Shown here: in pieces, positions 29,274-38,658 of the stretch
Position numbering within the stretch: position 1 is the first letter of the stretch
How the letters are laid out: the number at the start of each line of letters is the position of its first letter
IMG/VR virus record: IMGVR_UViG_3300037483_001818
Strand: one strand, 5' to 3'
Length of the DNA: 64,000 nucleotides
From: a virus
Lineage: Duplodnaviria; Heunggongvirae; Uroviricota; Caudoviricetes
Notes under the pieces: generated by a model
Told to the model about the DNA's origin: nothing
The model's input: the letters and a program-made list of their open reading frames with translations, nothing else
Databases searched by the model: none
Translations under genes and position numbers: made by a program

Positions 29274-29422
29274 GAGTGTGCCCAGAAACCCCCACCGAAA
29301 ACGGGGGGTTCTCGGGAAACTATCCGGGTTATTGGGAAACGGATTCGACCGTTTCGCGCGTTCTGGGGAAGCGCGTTCTACTTCCGTCGAGTTTCTGGGA
29401 AACGCGAGTTCTACTTCTGTCG
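29274..29422. repeat. non-coding repeat block (GTGCCC.GAAACCCC; GTTCTACTTC; GGGAAAC units)
   Basis: Homologous to blocks at 31058-31320, 43470-43620, 44897-44936. Confidence 0.7.
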
Positions 29423-29648
29423 CGCCCGATCCCATGGCTCCGAAACCACATCGCGAATCGATCCACGGCGCAGTAGCCTGGTCGCATGCAGGTCGTCGAA
29501 GGAGCGCGCGAGCTTCCTTGGATCGAGGCGCTGGCGAGGACGGCGTACGTCGGTCAGTCTTCGTTCACCGCGCCGGGCAGCCGCAGTCGATAGACGTAAC
29601 ACTGTTCGTCGTGCACGTCTGGATAGCGCCGATGTTACGCTTCTTGCG

Positions 29649-30065
29649 ATGAAAAAGTCGGTCGCCCAGCTCGATCGCGAGATCGCCGAAGCACTCATCA
29701 AGACACACGAGACGCCAAGCGGCTTCACGTGTTCGTACGGCAGTGTCGGCGAGATCAACGTCCTATATAAAGAGGACAGCTGCTACGTCGACAACATTGA
29801 AGTCGACCCGAAGTATCAGCGACAGGGCATCGGCACGAGGCTTTGGGAGGCTGCCGCCAACTTCTGCTGGAAGCGCAAGAAGCTCCCTTTGAGATCGGGC
29901 TACATCGTCTCGTCAGACGCACTCGCCTTCTGGCAACGGCAATTCAAGAAGGGACGTGCAACGCGTACCAAGACCGATCCAGAACTCCTCGATCCGGACA
30001 TTGACGACTTCTACAATGAGTACAGCTACACGCTGCGCACCCCACCCCCCAAGGATCTCTCGTGA
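29649..30065 (+). CDS. QLDREI-tagged GNAT-like acetyltransferase
   Basis: MKKSVAQLDREIAEAL; IEVDPKYQRQGIGTRL (acetyl-CoA motif A); SSDALAFW. Confidence 0.8.
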   Translation: MKKSVAQLDREIAEALIKTHETPSGFTCSYGSVGEINVLYKEDSCYVDNIEVDPKYQRQGIGTRLWEAAANFCWKRKKLPLRSGYIVSSDALAFWQRQFKKGRATRTKTDPELLDPDIDDFYNEYSYTLRTPPPKDLS

Positions 30066-30320
30066 GCACATTCGACAAGCTCGTCCACGGCGCCTGTCGT
30101 CATGACGCCTCGGACTCTCGCGCATGCAGTTCGTTCTCAAGCTGCTCGATGTAGAACTGACGTGTCGCTTGGTCTGAGGTCCTGCAAGGTCCGCATGTCT
30201 CGCAGCTCCGTAACAAGGTTGATCGTGGACGAGAACAATTCACGGCTACGGAGTGCCTCGGCGATTCGTTTGATGGGCTTCATCCAGACGACCGATCCGA
30301 CCCGGGTTGTCGCCTAGGTA

Positions 30321-30359
30321 GTAACGAAATGGACGTATTTCCGATCGTTTTGTTACCAT
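30321..30359 (+). promoter_or_regulatory. repeated sigma70-like promoter inside GTAAC...GTTAC inverted repeat
   Basis: GTAACGAAATGGACG...TTTTGTTACCAT; copies at 43974 and 48276. Confidence 0.65.
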
Positions 30360-30365
30360 CAAGCA

Positions 30366-30563
30366 ATGACGGACGATCAGCGGCTGATGACGCACCGGCG
30401 CGGCACATGGAAGAGCGCGTGGAACAGCTTGAACAAGGCGTCCACCTATCTCTGGTCCGATCCAGATACAAAGAAACTCGCCCAGGAAGTGGACGCTTTG
30501 ATGATGAAGCTCGACGCGGTCATTGATCGGGAACGGTCGGAACGGAAGACGCGCAGACGATAG
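30366..30563 (+). CDS. small helical protein
   Basis: Directly behind the repeated promoter. Confidence 0.6.
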   Translation: MTDDQRLMTHRRGTWKSAWNSLNKASTYLWSDPDTKKLAQEVDALMMKLDAVIDRERSERKTRRR

Positions 30564-30576
30564 TTAAACGTGATTC

Positions 30577-31050
30577 ATGACGACGGCCCGAAAGAAGACC
30601 GGCACTCAGCTCGACCGTGAGATCGCTGAAGCGTTGTCGCGAGCCCCTCGCAAGTCCCGGCATCACGCGACGGTCCTCGACGTTGAGTTGAGCCCCTACG
30701 CGTTGCACATCCGCAATGAGAGTGCCGCCACCCTCCGCAGCTTCGGGTATCAGAAACTGGCGACCGGTAGCGCGCGAGGTGAGCCGTACGAGATCTATGG
30801 CGACAACACGGGCTCGTACACCGTCAGGCGGACGAAGGACTTGAGTGAGTTGGCTACGGCGTATGTGGCTGACGACGGCAGGAAAAACTATCTGACCAGC
30901 GTCAGCCTCAACGACCCGAAGTACAAGCGCCTTGGCATCGGCACCGCGCTGTACAACACGATCGAGAAGCACCGTGGGCGGAAACTGGAGCCGAGTCCGA
31001 CGCATCAGTCCGACGAAGCAAAAGCCTTCTGGTCGCGCCGTACACGCTGA
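30577..31050 (+). CDS. QLDREI-tagged GNAT-like protein
   Basis: KKTGTQLDREIAEAL...RHHAT; DPKYKRLGIGTALY; QSDEAKAFW. Confidence 0.75.
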   Translation: MTTARKKTGTQLDREIAEALSRAPRKSRHHATVLDVELSPYALHIRNESAATLRSFGYQKLATGSARGEPYEIYGDNTGSYTVRRTKDLSELATAYVADDGRKNYLTSVSLNDPKYKRLGIGTALYNTIEKHRGRKLEPSPTHQSDEAKAFWSRRTR

Positions 31051-31057
31051 CAGCGCG

Positions 31058-31320
31058 GTTCTACTTCTGTCGAGTTTGAGGAAGCGCGGTTCGATTCATG
31101 TCGGCACCCGTGCAAATGCCGTCGGCATCGTGCGCGGCCTGCGTGCAGACTCCGTCGATCGACGCGCGCAGTTTTCGACGGTTGGCTAGGGTTCTGAGGA
31201 AGCCCGAGGGGGTATCTGGGAAACGCGGGGTTTTTGGGCACACTCTTTTTTGGTTTTTTGGTTTTTCGGTTTCGGCGAGGCGTGCCTCGAAACCACCTCG
31301 GACCTCAGACCTTTTGAGGT
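31058..31320. repeat. non-coding repeat block
   Basis: GTTCTACTTCTGTCGAGTTTGAGGAA; GGGGTTTTTGGGCACACTC; TTTTGAGG; T-tracts. Confidence 0.7.
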
Positions 31321-31379
31321 AGCCTGCGCGAAGTGAACGCTGCGCATGGCTGCTTGGAGACTGTCCGGCGAAAGGCCAA

Positions 31380-31649
31380 ATGAAACTCGCTTTCTCTTCA
31401 CCTGACGGCGTGATCACGATCCTTGGGGCTTCGGACGTTGCGCCAGGAGCCTCGGATGTTTTGGCAGCACCAACGATCGTGCTTGATGGATCTTGGATGC
31501 GTCCGATCGGGTACCTGACGCCACGTCGTGATGGGAGCTTCATCGCCTACCTTGGCATCGGCGGAGGTTTTGCCAGTCCTCCAGCTCGCGCAATCCGCGT
31601 GCGCGATTGGACGCAGGCCCAACAACTTCTAACGTTCATGGAAATGTAG
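31380..31649 (+). CDS. hypothetical protein
   Basis: AAAGG upstream; ORF track. Confidence 0.5.
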   Translation: MKLAFSSPDGVITILGASDVAPGASDVLAAPTIVLDGSWMRPIGYLTPRRDGSFIAYLGIGGGFASPPARAIRVRDWTQAQQLLTFMEM

Positions 31650-31929
31650 ATCATGCCAACCGTTGCACTGCTCGACGCTGCGCTGCTCGACATTTACGTG
31701 CGCACGATCGGTCGACCTCTTGAAGCCGCAGAGGAATCGGTGCTGCCATGATGATCGGTGCAGCGCTTGTTCTAGCGACAACGTCCGCGTTCAACTGGTG
31801 GCGACATGCCCGATGTACTTCATGCACACCACGCTGCCCCAACAAGCACCAGTGCGAAATCTCGGGAAACCAGGGCTTGTTCGCCGCATCAGTGCTCATT
31901 CTGTCCGTAGGCATCTTGGAGAGCATCTT

Positions 31930-32160
31930 TTGAAAATCAAAATCGAGGTTGACGGAGAAGTCGCTGAACTGGCCGACGATGAGATCATCAAGGAATTCAC
32001 CTGGCACAACATGCGCGATTCGAATCATTGCCGCAGGGTTAGACGAAAGATCTTCGAGGCGGTACTCGCGTTCGCCGACCCTGCTGCCGCCGCCGCCCCT
32101 GCCGTCGACGACAACGCCGATGACTGTGACACCGACCCTGCCGCCGATTCGGAGTCTTGA
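31930..32160 (+). CDS. acidic hypothetical protein (TTG start inferred)
   Basis: TTGA overlap with stop of 31748-31933 ORF. Confidence 0.45.
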   Translation: MKIKIEVDGEVAELADDEIIKEFTWHNMRDSNHCRRVRRKIFEAVLAFADPAAAAAPAVDDNADDCDTDPAADSES

Positions 32161-32161
32161 G

Positions 32162-32617
32162 GTGGAGCTCGTCGTGTTTACGGGGTTGCAGGCTTCGGGA
32201 AAGACGTCGTTCTATCGAGAACGTTTTGCCGCAACACACGCCCACGTAAGCAAGGACCTGTGGCCGAACGCGCGCAAGAAGGAAGAGCGTCAAAGGCGCC
32301 TAATCGACGAGTATTTGCGCACTGGCCGGTCGGTAGTTGTGGACAACACGAACCCGACGGAGAGCGAGCGTGAACCCTTGATTGCAATCGCGCGCGGCCT
32401 TGGCGTGCGCGTGGTGAGCTACTCGTTCATCGCGACCGTCGAAGACGCAGTGCGCAGGAATGCGAACCGCGAGGGACGTTCGCGGATCACGGACGTTGGA
32501 ATCTACGCTGTCGCGAAACGGCTCGTGTTCCCTGACGAAGCAGAAAGATTTGATCAGCGTTTCGAGGTCCGACTCGCCGATGGCCAATTCGTGGTTGCCG
32601 TGGTGGAGCCATCCTGA
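32162..32617 (+). CDS. AAA_33 P-loop kinase (polynucleotide-kinase-like)
   Basis: GLQASGKTSF, HVSKD, VVVDNTN, RNANR. Confidence 0.8.
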   Translation: MELVVFTGLQASGKTSFYRERFAATHAHVSKDLWPNARKKEERQRRLIDEYLRTGRSVVVDNTNPTESEREPLIAIARGLGVRVVSYSFIATVEDAVRRNANREGRSRITDVGIYAVAKRLVFPDEAERFDQRFEVRLADGQFVVAVVEPS

Positions 32618-32814
32618 AGAGTGGTCCCGTTTTTTGGCGCGGTACCTCGCAATCACCTCGGCTCATGACGGTTTTGAGGCAACGGCCCTGACGCCTGAGG
32701 CACGTACCCGCACTGGCTGGACCTGAGAACGCGTAGAAACGTCACTGCCGAGTGCTCTGAACGAAACCAGACCGTCGCAGGCGCGCTCCACCCTGGATCG
32801 TGAGGAGAACGCCG

Positions 32815-33024
32815 ATGAAGCAATTGAAGAAATCCGATCCAGCGACGAAGCGTGCCTGGCGTGTGTTCTGCCTGCTGGGTAGTGGTCGCGTGTCCGGCAG
32901 CTGCGGGCATTCGCACCGGACCCTGACGCACGCGATGCGCTGCTCTTACGAGCCCGTCGCGTACCTGCGCGATCCCGAGGCCGAGCTGCGCGCGCGCCAG
33001 GTGAAGGCCGCACGCCCGCGGTAA
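32815..33024 (+). CDS. hypothetical protein (CGHSHRT motif)
   Basis: GAGGAG RBS. Confidence 0.55.
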   Translation: MKQLKKSDPATKRAWRVFCLLGSGRVSGSCGHSHRTLTHAMRCSYEPVAYLRDPEAELRARQVKAARPR

Positions 33025-33157
33025 GCTCTCCGCGATACGGACGCTGAGCGCGAAGCTGAGGCAGCCAACATCGCTGACCGCGGCAAGAGAGATCTCGGGG
33101 CAGATCCTGCCACGCTGGTCGCGGGTGCTGCTCGATTCAGCGTGTAAAACAGGCTTC

Positions 33158-33727
33158 ATGCCGATGACCGACACCGACCGCCTGTCCACGTCTGCTGACA
33201 TGGTGGACCTTTTGAAGCACCTGGCGAAGATCATGCGCGATGTCGAGGCGCTGCCCGACAACGCGCAGCAGCGCTTCTGGGACGACACCAATCATGGCCT
33301 GGAAGCGATCGCGGCCGAGGAGTTTCGCCTCGAGCACACGCTGACGGCGTCGTCGGTCCGCGTGTTCTACAATATCCTCGCGACGATGTGCGGTCCGCAG
33401 CTCGCCGAGATGGTGAACGGCGCCTCCAAGGAATACTACGAGAGCATCATCTCCCAGATGAAGGAGGTGACGCATCGCTCGTGGGACACGTTCCTCGATC
33501 AGAAGCTCGATGAGACCAAGGATACGGACCACGAGGGCGTCGCCGTCGTTTCGGTCAGGCTTGCCACCATCAACGACATTGGCGGTGGCCTTTTGAAGCG
33601 CGTCGAGGGCGTCTCGAAGCTCCTGAAGTTGACGGACACGCGGCTCGCCGACAAAACGGAGTGCTACTTCTCGAGCAAGGACATCATCCTGATGGAATTC
33701 GCGCGGACGCACACGCCCGAACCGTGA
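33158..33727 (+). CDS. hypothetical protein
   Basis: Long ORF with typical codon use. Confidence 0.65.
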   Translation: MPMTDTDRLSTSADMVDLLKHLAKIMRDVEALPDNAQQRFWDDTNHGLEAIAAEEFRLEHTLTASSVRVFYNILATMCGPQLAEMVNGASKEYYESIISQMKEVTHRSWDTFLDQKLDETKDTDHEGVAVVSVRLATINDIGGGLLKRVEGVSKLLKLTDTRLADKTECYFSSKDIILMEFARTHTPEP

Positions 33728-33740
33728 AACGCTCGCTGCG

Positions 33741-33977
33741 ATGCGTCCACTGAGTGCGAAGGACCTCGATCGGCTCTGCCGGCTTGCTGCGACCGGCGAC
33801 GTTGGGCTGCCAGTCCCGCACGCACGCCGTGGACGCTGGCTGTTCGCGCTCAAACGGAGACTCGCGCGCTGGGGATCGACGCCGCCGCGCAATGTGGCCG
33901 GACGGCTGCTCTACCCGCAGCGGATCTACGTCACCGATCTCGGCCAGAGCCTCGCGGAAATGTGCCCTAAGCAATAA
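33741..33977 (+). CDS. small winged-helix-like protein
   Basis: LSAKDLDRL...LKRRLARW...YVTDLG. Confidence 0.45.
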   Translation: MRPLSAKDLDRLCRLAATGDVGLPVPHARRGRWLFALKRRLARWGSTPPRNVAGRLLYPQRIYVTDLGQSLAEMCPKQ

Positions 33978-33992
33978 GCTCGAAACTGCCAG

Positions 33993-34442
33993 ATGAAGCT
34001 GACCACCACGCATCGCGATCTCGTCACGCAGATCGTCGCGCGCGACGTCGCTGCCGGCGTCGAGCTCGCCCGCTCGATCGGACATCAGATGCCCAAGGAC
34101 TTCGCCGTCGGGGTCCGCTTCGTCGAAGACGGCGTGCACACGCGAATTCGGATGCGCCTCGATGACGTGACCTACGATGCCATCGTGGAGCTGCCGCATC
34201 TCGACGGACGGCTATCGATCAGGGCCGTCGACGCGATGTGGAAAACCGCGTGGGAGCGCATCCACAGCGACGCTCTCGTCCTCGCGCAGGTCTGGCTCGA
34301 CAAGCATCCCGAGACCTTCGTTCCAAAAGAGGGCGCTGCCAAGGCACTCGCGATCCTCGACGCGCTCGCGGCCGATGACATGCTGCAAGCACGTTGGATG
34401 GATTCGTGCCGCGAGCGAGCGAAGCACTTCACCTATCGGTAA
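33993..34442 (+). CDS. hypothetical protein
   Basis: ORF track; operon position. Confidence 0.6.
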   Translation: MKLTTTHRDLVTQIVARDVAAGVELARSIGHQMPKDFAVGVRFVEDGVHTRIRMRLDDVTYDAIVELPHLDGRLSIRAVDAMWKTAWERIHSDALVLAQVWLDKHPETFVPKEGAAKALAILDALAADDMLQARWMDSCRERAKHFTYR

Positions 34443-34516
34443 TCAGGCAGCTCGGCGGGACAGAACGTGCACAGAAGTCGCGTTTGTGCCCCCGGCGGCG
34501 GTAAGCTCGACGCGTC

Positions 34517-35317
34517 ATGACTGCGCTCAAGGACATTGTTTTCGAGACTGATCAGTATTGGGTGAAACGTGTGCCCAAGGGATTTGAAGTCTACAAGACA
34601 GGGCTTACCCACAGCACACGCGTAGCCATCATTGGCTATACCGGCGACAAGGGGCTGCAACGCGCAAAGCAGGAGATCGCGCGAAGAGAAGGCTCGAACC
34701 TTCAACGCTCGGCGCACACGACGATGACGAAGAAGTCGCCGGCCCAGCTCGATCGCGAGATCGTGGAAGCACTCGCGAACAAGGACAAGCCGACGACGTG
34801 GAAGCAGCGTGAGGCCCTCTACGAACGAGGTGCGCGCTCCGACTGCACCGACTTTCTGCTGAGCTACCTGCCCTACGCGGGGGAGGAGCCCTATTCCTCG
34901 CGGAGCGGGCAGGGCTCCTACGAGGAGTGCTACGACACGCGCGATCTCGCGAAGCGGCGACTCCAGCAGCTCCGCAAGGACGGGCGGATCGAGTGGGCGA
35001 AGATCTACCAGCACGATCATCGCTACCCCCTGCAACGCAAGCTCGTCGACGAATGGGAAGAGAGGCGTCGCGCGCATTCGACGGTCAAGACGTACAACGC
35101 TCCGAAGCCTGATCTGACCGTGCGCCAGATCAACGCCATCGTACGGGCGGCGGACGGCCGCAATATCTACCTGATCCGCACCAGGCTCGGCGACGAGACC
35201 GTCCAGCGCATCACGCGCGCGCGCACCAAAGGCCGCGAAACGGAGGTGCGCTCTCTCGCTACGGGGAACTGGATCCCTGTGCTCCCCGAGCGCGGCGACA
35301 AGCTCGAAGTGCGCTGA
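34517..35317 (+). CDS. three-module protein with HTT/HST junctions and QLDREI tag
   Basis: RSAHTTMTKKSPAQLDREIVEAL...RRAHSTVK; TAAGCT upstream. Confidence 0.75.
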   Translation: MTALKDIVFETDQYWVKRVPKGFEVYKTGLTHSTRVAIIGYTGDKGLQRAKQEIARREGSNLQRSAHTTMTKKSPAQLDREIVEALANKDKPTTWKQREALYERGARSDCTDFLLSYLPYAGEEPYSSRSGQGSYEECYDTRDLAKRRLQQLRKDGRIEWAKIYQHDHRYPLQRKLVDEWEERRRAHSTVKTYNAPKPDLTVRQINAIVRAADGRNIYLIRTRLGDETVQRITRARTKGRETEVRSLATGNWIPVLPERGDKLEVR

Positions 35318-35320
35318 CGC

Positions 35321-35968
35321 TCAGAACAGTAGCGCTGCAAGCTTGCGCTCGATCTTCTTGAGCCTGTCGGCGAGATCCTTGGCGCGCTGCTTGTAGCTGT
35401 ACGGTGGCAGCTCGAACCCGCGCTCACGGTAGCGCTCGTTCTGCCACGAGCGAAGGAGCGCCTGGCGCCGCTCGGCGTCGAAGCCGCGACCACCGAGCGT
35501 CCATACGTACGCGTCTCCCATGCCCCAGACTTGTCGCGCGCCGTGCGGATCGGGGCGCTCCTCCCGTAGCTCGGGCGACGGTGCCTGGAGTGCTTCCACG
35601 GCGCGCCATGCCTCGGACGCACGTGCGTGCTCATCCTGCGCCACGGCGAGCTCGCCACGCAATCTCGAGCGCGTCTTGGCTGCGCTCACCGCGCTCTTGA
35701 GTCGCGACTGCACCTCCATCGATTCGCCCTTGGCGCAGCCCGATCCGATGTTCGCCCGCCGCCCGTCGGACAGCTCGACGTCGACGTGGATCTCGTGCTC
35801 GCGACAACAGCGATCGCACGGACGCAAATCCCCGGATCCAGGCACTGGAACCAGTCGATCATCGACCTCGATGCGGTCGCGCGTGTCGCGCACGTCCAAA
35901 ATGCGAGCGATCGTCGGGAACGTGGGCGTGGCTGCCACGATGCTGAGCATATGGTAAGTGCGGCTCAC
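35321..35968 (-). CDS. zinc-finger protein (CxxC...IGSGCAK)
   Basis: PCDRC...NIGSGCAK. Confidence 0.6.
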   Translation of the reverse strand: MSRTYHMLSIVAATPTFPTIARILDVRDTRDRIEVDDRLVPVPGSGDLRPCDRCCREHEIHVDVELSDGRRANIGSGCAKGESMEVQSRLKSAVSAAKTRSRLRGELAVAQDEHARASEAWRAVEALQAPSPELREERPDPHGARQVWGMGDAYVWTLGGRGFDAERRQALLRSWQNERYRERGFELPPYSYKQRAKDLADRLKKIERKLAALLF

Positions 35969-36029
35969 GGCGCGGAGCAGAGCGCCGTTTCATCGCTGTT
36001 CCTTACACCTTACACCAGCGCTACAATCG

Positions 36030-36530
36030 TCACCTCGGCCGGCGCAGACGCCGTTGCCGCGACCGCACATCCTCATCAAGAAGGCTGCCCTTCTCCGCCA
36101 TCTTCTCCATGCGCTTCTCCATGGCCGGCGTGATCTTGAAGCGCTTTCGCAGATCGTCCATGTTGGCGGCCTGCTTGATGGCGTTGAACTTCGTAAGCAG
36201 CCCCCTCATGCGTTCCTTCGGCGTGCGTGCAGCCAGACCGGTGATCGCCTTATTGCCCACAGCTTGGAGATAGTCATCGATCTCACGTGCAAGTTGTTGT
36301 GGTGATTTTCTCGGCACGGAAGCTTTCATCGTTGCGTGATGGCTCCTACTGGTCGCGAGAACCTCGACGACCTGCGCCCATTTTGACGACTCGTAGCGAC
36401 TCTCCATGGAGCGCGCGTAGCGTCCCGCCGCGTTCTTGTCTCCCTTGAAACGCTTGAGCGTGCGCTCTGCTAGTGCGACCACCTCAGCGTGTGTGAACGA
36501 TTTCTCGAAGCTCTTGATATTGCCGCGCAC
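36030..36530 (-). CDS. basic protein with HHAT + QLAREI tag
   Basis: RSHHATMKASVPRKSPQQLAREIDDYL; TAAGCT 6 nt before GTG. Confidence 0.7.
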   Translation of the reverse strand: MRGNIKSFEKSFTHAEVVALAERTLKRFKGDKNAAGRYARSMESRYESSKWAQVVEVLATSRSHHATMKASVPRKSPQQLAREIDDYLQAVGNKAITGLAARTPKERMRGLLTKFNAIKQAANMDDLRKRFKITPAMEKRMEKMAEKGSLLDEDVRSRQRRLRRPR

Positions 36531-36602
36531 GCGGGGAGCTTAACATCCTCGGGGCGCAGCCGATAATTTGCCCCCAGATCTCGGGCGGTTTAGCGTTGAT
36601 CC

Positions 36603-37265
<663 letters not shown>

Positions 37266-37273
37266 GCTGACGA

Positions 37274-37645
37274 TCAACGCACGGTCGGCAGTCCGAGCCG
37301 TGTGACAAGCTTGCCGAGAGCGTGACACGCCTCCGCGCGGCAGTTGCGTGGCATCGCGCGCAGGTCCTCACACGCCTCGTCGTCGACTACGACCAGCCGC
37401 CAGTGCCCGCCGCGCCCACTCCAGCCGAGCTTGCCCCAGGGCGGGAAGGGCACGTCAACGGGATGTCCGCTCGGGCGGTGCGTCACGATCGCGCGCTCGA
37501 TCAGGGTGAGCGTTCGACCTATCGTGGCGTCGAGCTCGCCGAGCTGCCGGCTCTTCGCCGCGAGCTGCATGACAACCTCGCGCAGCGGTGGCGCGTCCGA
37601 CGGCGGCACGTACGGAGCGGCTTGCTTGGGGCGCTTGCGCTTCAG
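37274..37645 (-). CDS. hypothetical protein (probable CTG start)
   Basis: N-terminus homologous to that of 39790-40104; CTGA overlap with upstream stop. Confidence 0.55.
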   Translation of the reverse strand: MKRKRPKQAAPYVPPSDAPPLREVVMQLAAKSRQLGELDATIGRTLTLIERAIVTHRPSGHPVDVPFPPWGKLGWSGRGGHWRLVVVDDEACEDLRAMPRNCRAEACHALGKLVTRLGLPTVR

Positions 37646-37935
37646 CGGGTTCGCTCCCAGTGATCGCGCGCTCTTTCCCACATATCGAGCTGCCGGGTGT
37701 CCTTGACCTGATCCGCGTACCAGGGCAGTCCCGGAAATTCGGTCTCCCACGCGCGCACTTCTTTTTCGTGTGCGCTCAGGCGTGGGCGCGGACGCTTGGA
37801 GTACGCGTTGGCCACCACAAGACCCACGACCACGAGGCCGGCGCCGCCGAGCAACCAGGGAAGGGCCGAGCGCCCCAACGGCGCGTCGGCTCCGACGTAG
37901 GGGCGAGGGCTGTAGTGACCGCGCTCGTTCGACAT
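37642..37935 (-). CDS. single-TM protein
   Basis: LPWLLGGAGLVVVGLVVA; TAGACT upstream. Confidence 0.6.
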   Translation of the reverse strand: MSNERGHYSPRPYVGADAPLGRSALPWLLGGAGLVVVGLVVANAYSKRPRPRLSAHEKEVRAWETEFPGLPWYADQVKDTRQLDMWERARDHWERTR

Positions 37936-38439
37936 GGGTCGAGTCTACCTCGAAGTCGATCGACGCTTCCCGCCGATCCTGACGTCGCGCAACGCTTCGG
38001 TGAACAACACCTGCGTGTTTCGGCGCTGTCCTTCCAAACGTTGGGAAGCTGCCTCGACAGCTTCGTCGATGGTATCGGCAAAGGTCCAGCTGTGCCCGGC
38101 AGTACCGTCCTCGATATTCCAACGCCAGCCATATCCCTTGAGGCGTTCGTACTCTTGCGGCGTCGAGTCCCCGCGACTTGAGCGCAAGGAGTCTTTGGGC
38201 AACTTGAATGGCAGAACGATGCCGTGACCGAGATCGATCTTCGAGCGATCTACGTGCACGACTTGCCGGCCAGGACCGTAGCCCCAAAGCACCCACGTGC
38301 CCGGCTCGATTTGAAGATGCCACTTGTTCATGGGACCCTCTTCGCAAGCGCTTCGCACCCACGCACGCGATAGGGCCGGCCGTAGAGACCGCGCTCGTTC
38401 GACATGGAATCGAGTCTACCTCGAAGTCGAACGATGCTT
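37912..38439. repeat. ~57-bp direct repeat pair (37912-37968, 38382-38439)
   Basis: GTAG.GACCGCGCTCGTTCGACATGG..TCGAGTCTACCTCGAAGTCGA.CGA.GCTT. Confidence 0.85.
37945..38331 (-). CDS. hypothetical protein between direct repeats
   Basis: AAGAGGG RBS; ATG overlaps stop of a remnant ORF. Confidence 0.6.
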   Translation of the reverse strand: MNKWHLQIEPGTWVLWGYGPGRQVVHVDRSKIDLGHGIVLPFKLPKDSLRSSRGDSTPQEYERLKGYGWRWNIEDGTAGHSWTFADTIDEAVEAASQRLEGQRRNTQVLFTEALRDVRIGGKRRSTSR

Positions 38440-38658
38440 GAGACCCAGTTCGTGGCGGTAGTAGGACGCAGATCTACCAGCCGCAAGGTCATCGGCACAC
38501 CCGTCGACCCAACCGACGAACCCGTTTTCCCACCTTTCGTCAGACAGATCGAATCCGAGAAGGAGCAGGAATGTGAGTTGGTAACGCGTCTCGTTCGGCA
38601 TTTGTGCTGTTTCTCCTTCGTCGCCTTGAGCCTTGAACTTGACGCGCCCGCGCTTCAC
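38416..38658 (-). CDS. hypothetical protein
   Basis: GTGA overlap. Confidence 0.5.
   Translation of the reverse strand: MKRGRVKFKAQGDEGETAQMPNETRYQLTFLLLLGFDLSDERWENGFVGWVDGCADDLAAGRSASYYRHELGLKHRSTSR

Noticed and set aside
29375-29422. GTTCTAC repeats as a possible CRISPR array
   Set aside because: Only 2-3 degenerate units, no unique spacers of constant length, no cas genes.
29667-29690. QLDREI motif as a DNA-level palindromic mobile element (gatcgcgagatc)
   Set aside because: Synonymous codon variation destroys the palindrome in several copies while the peptide is kept.
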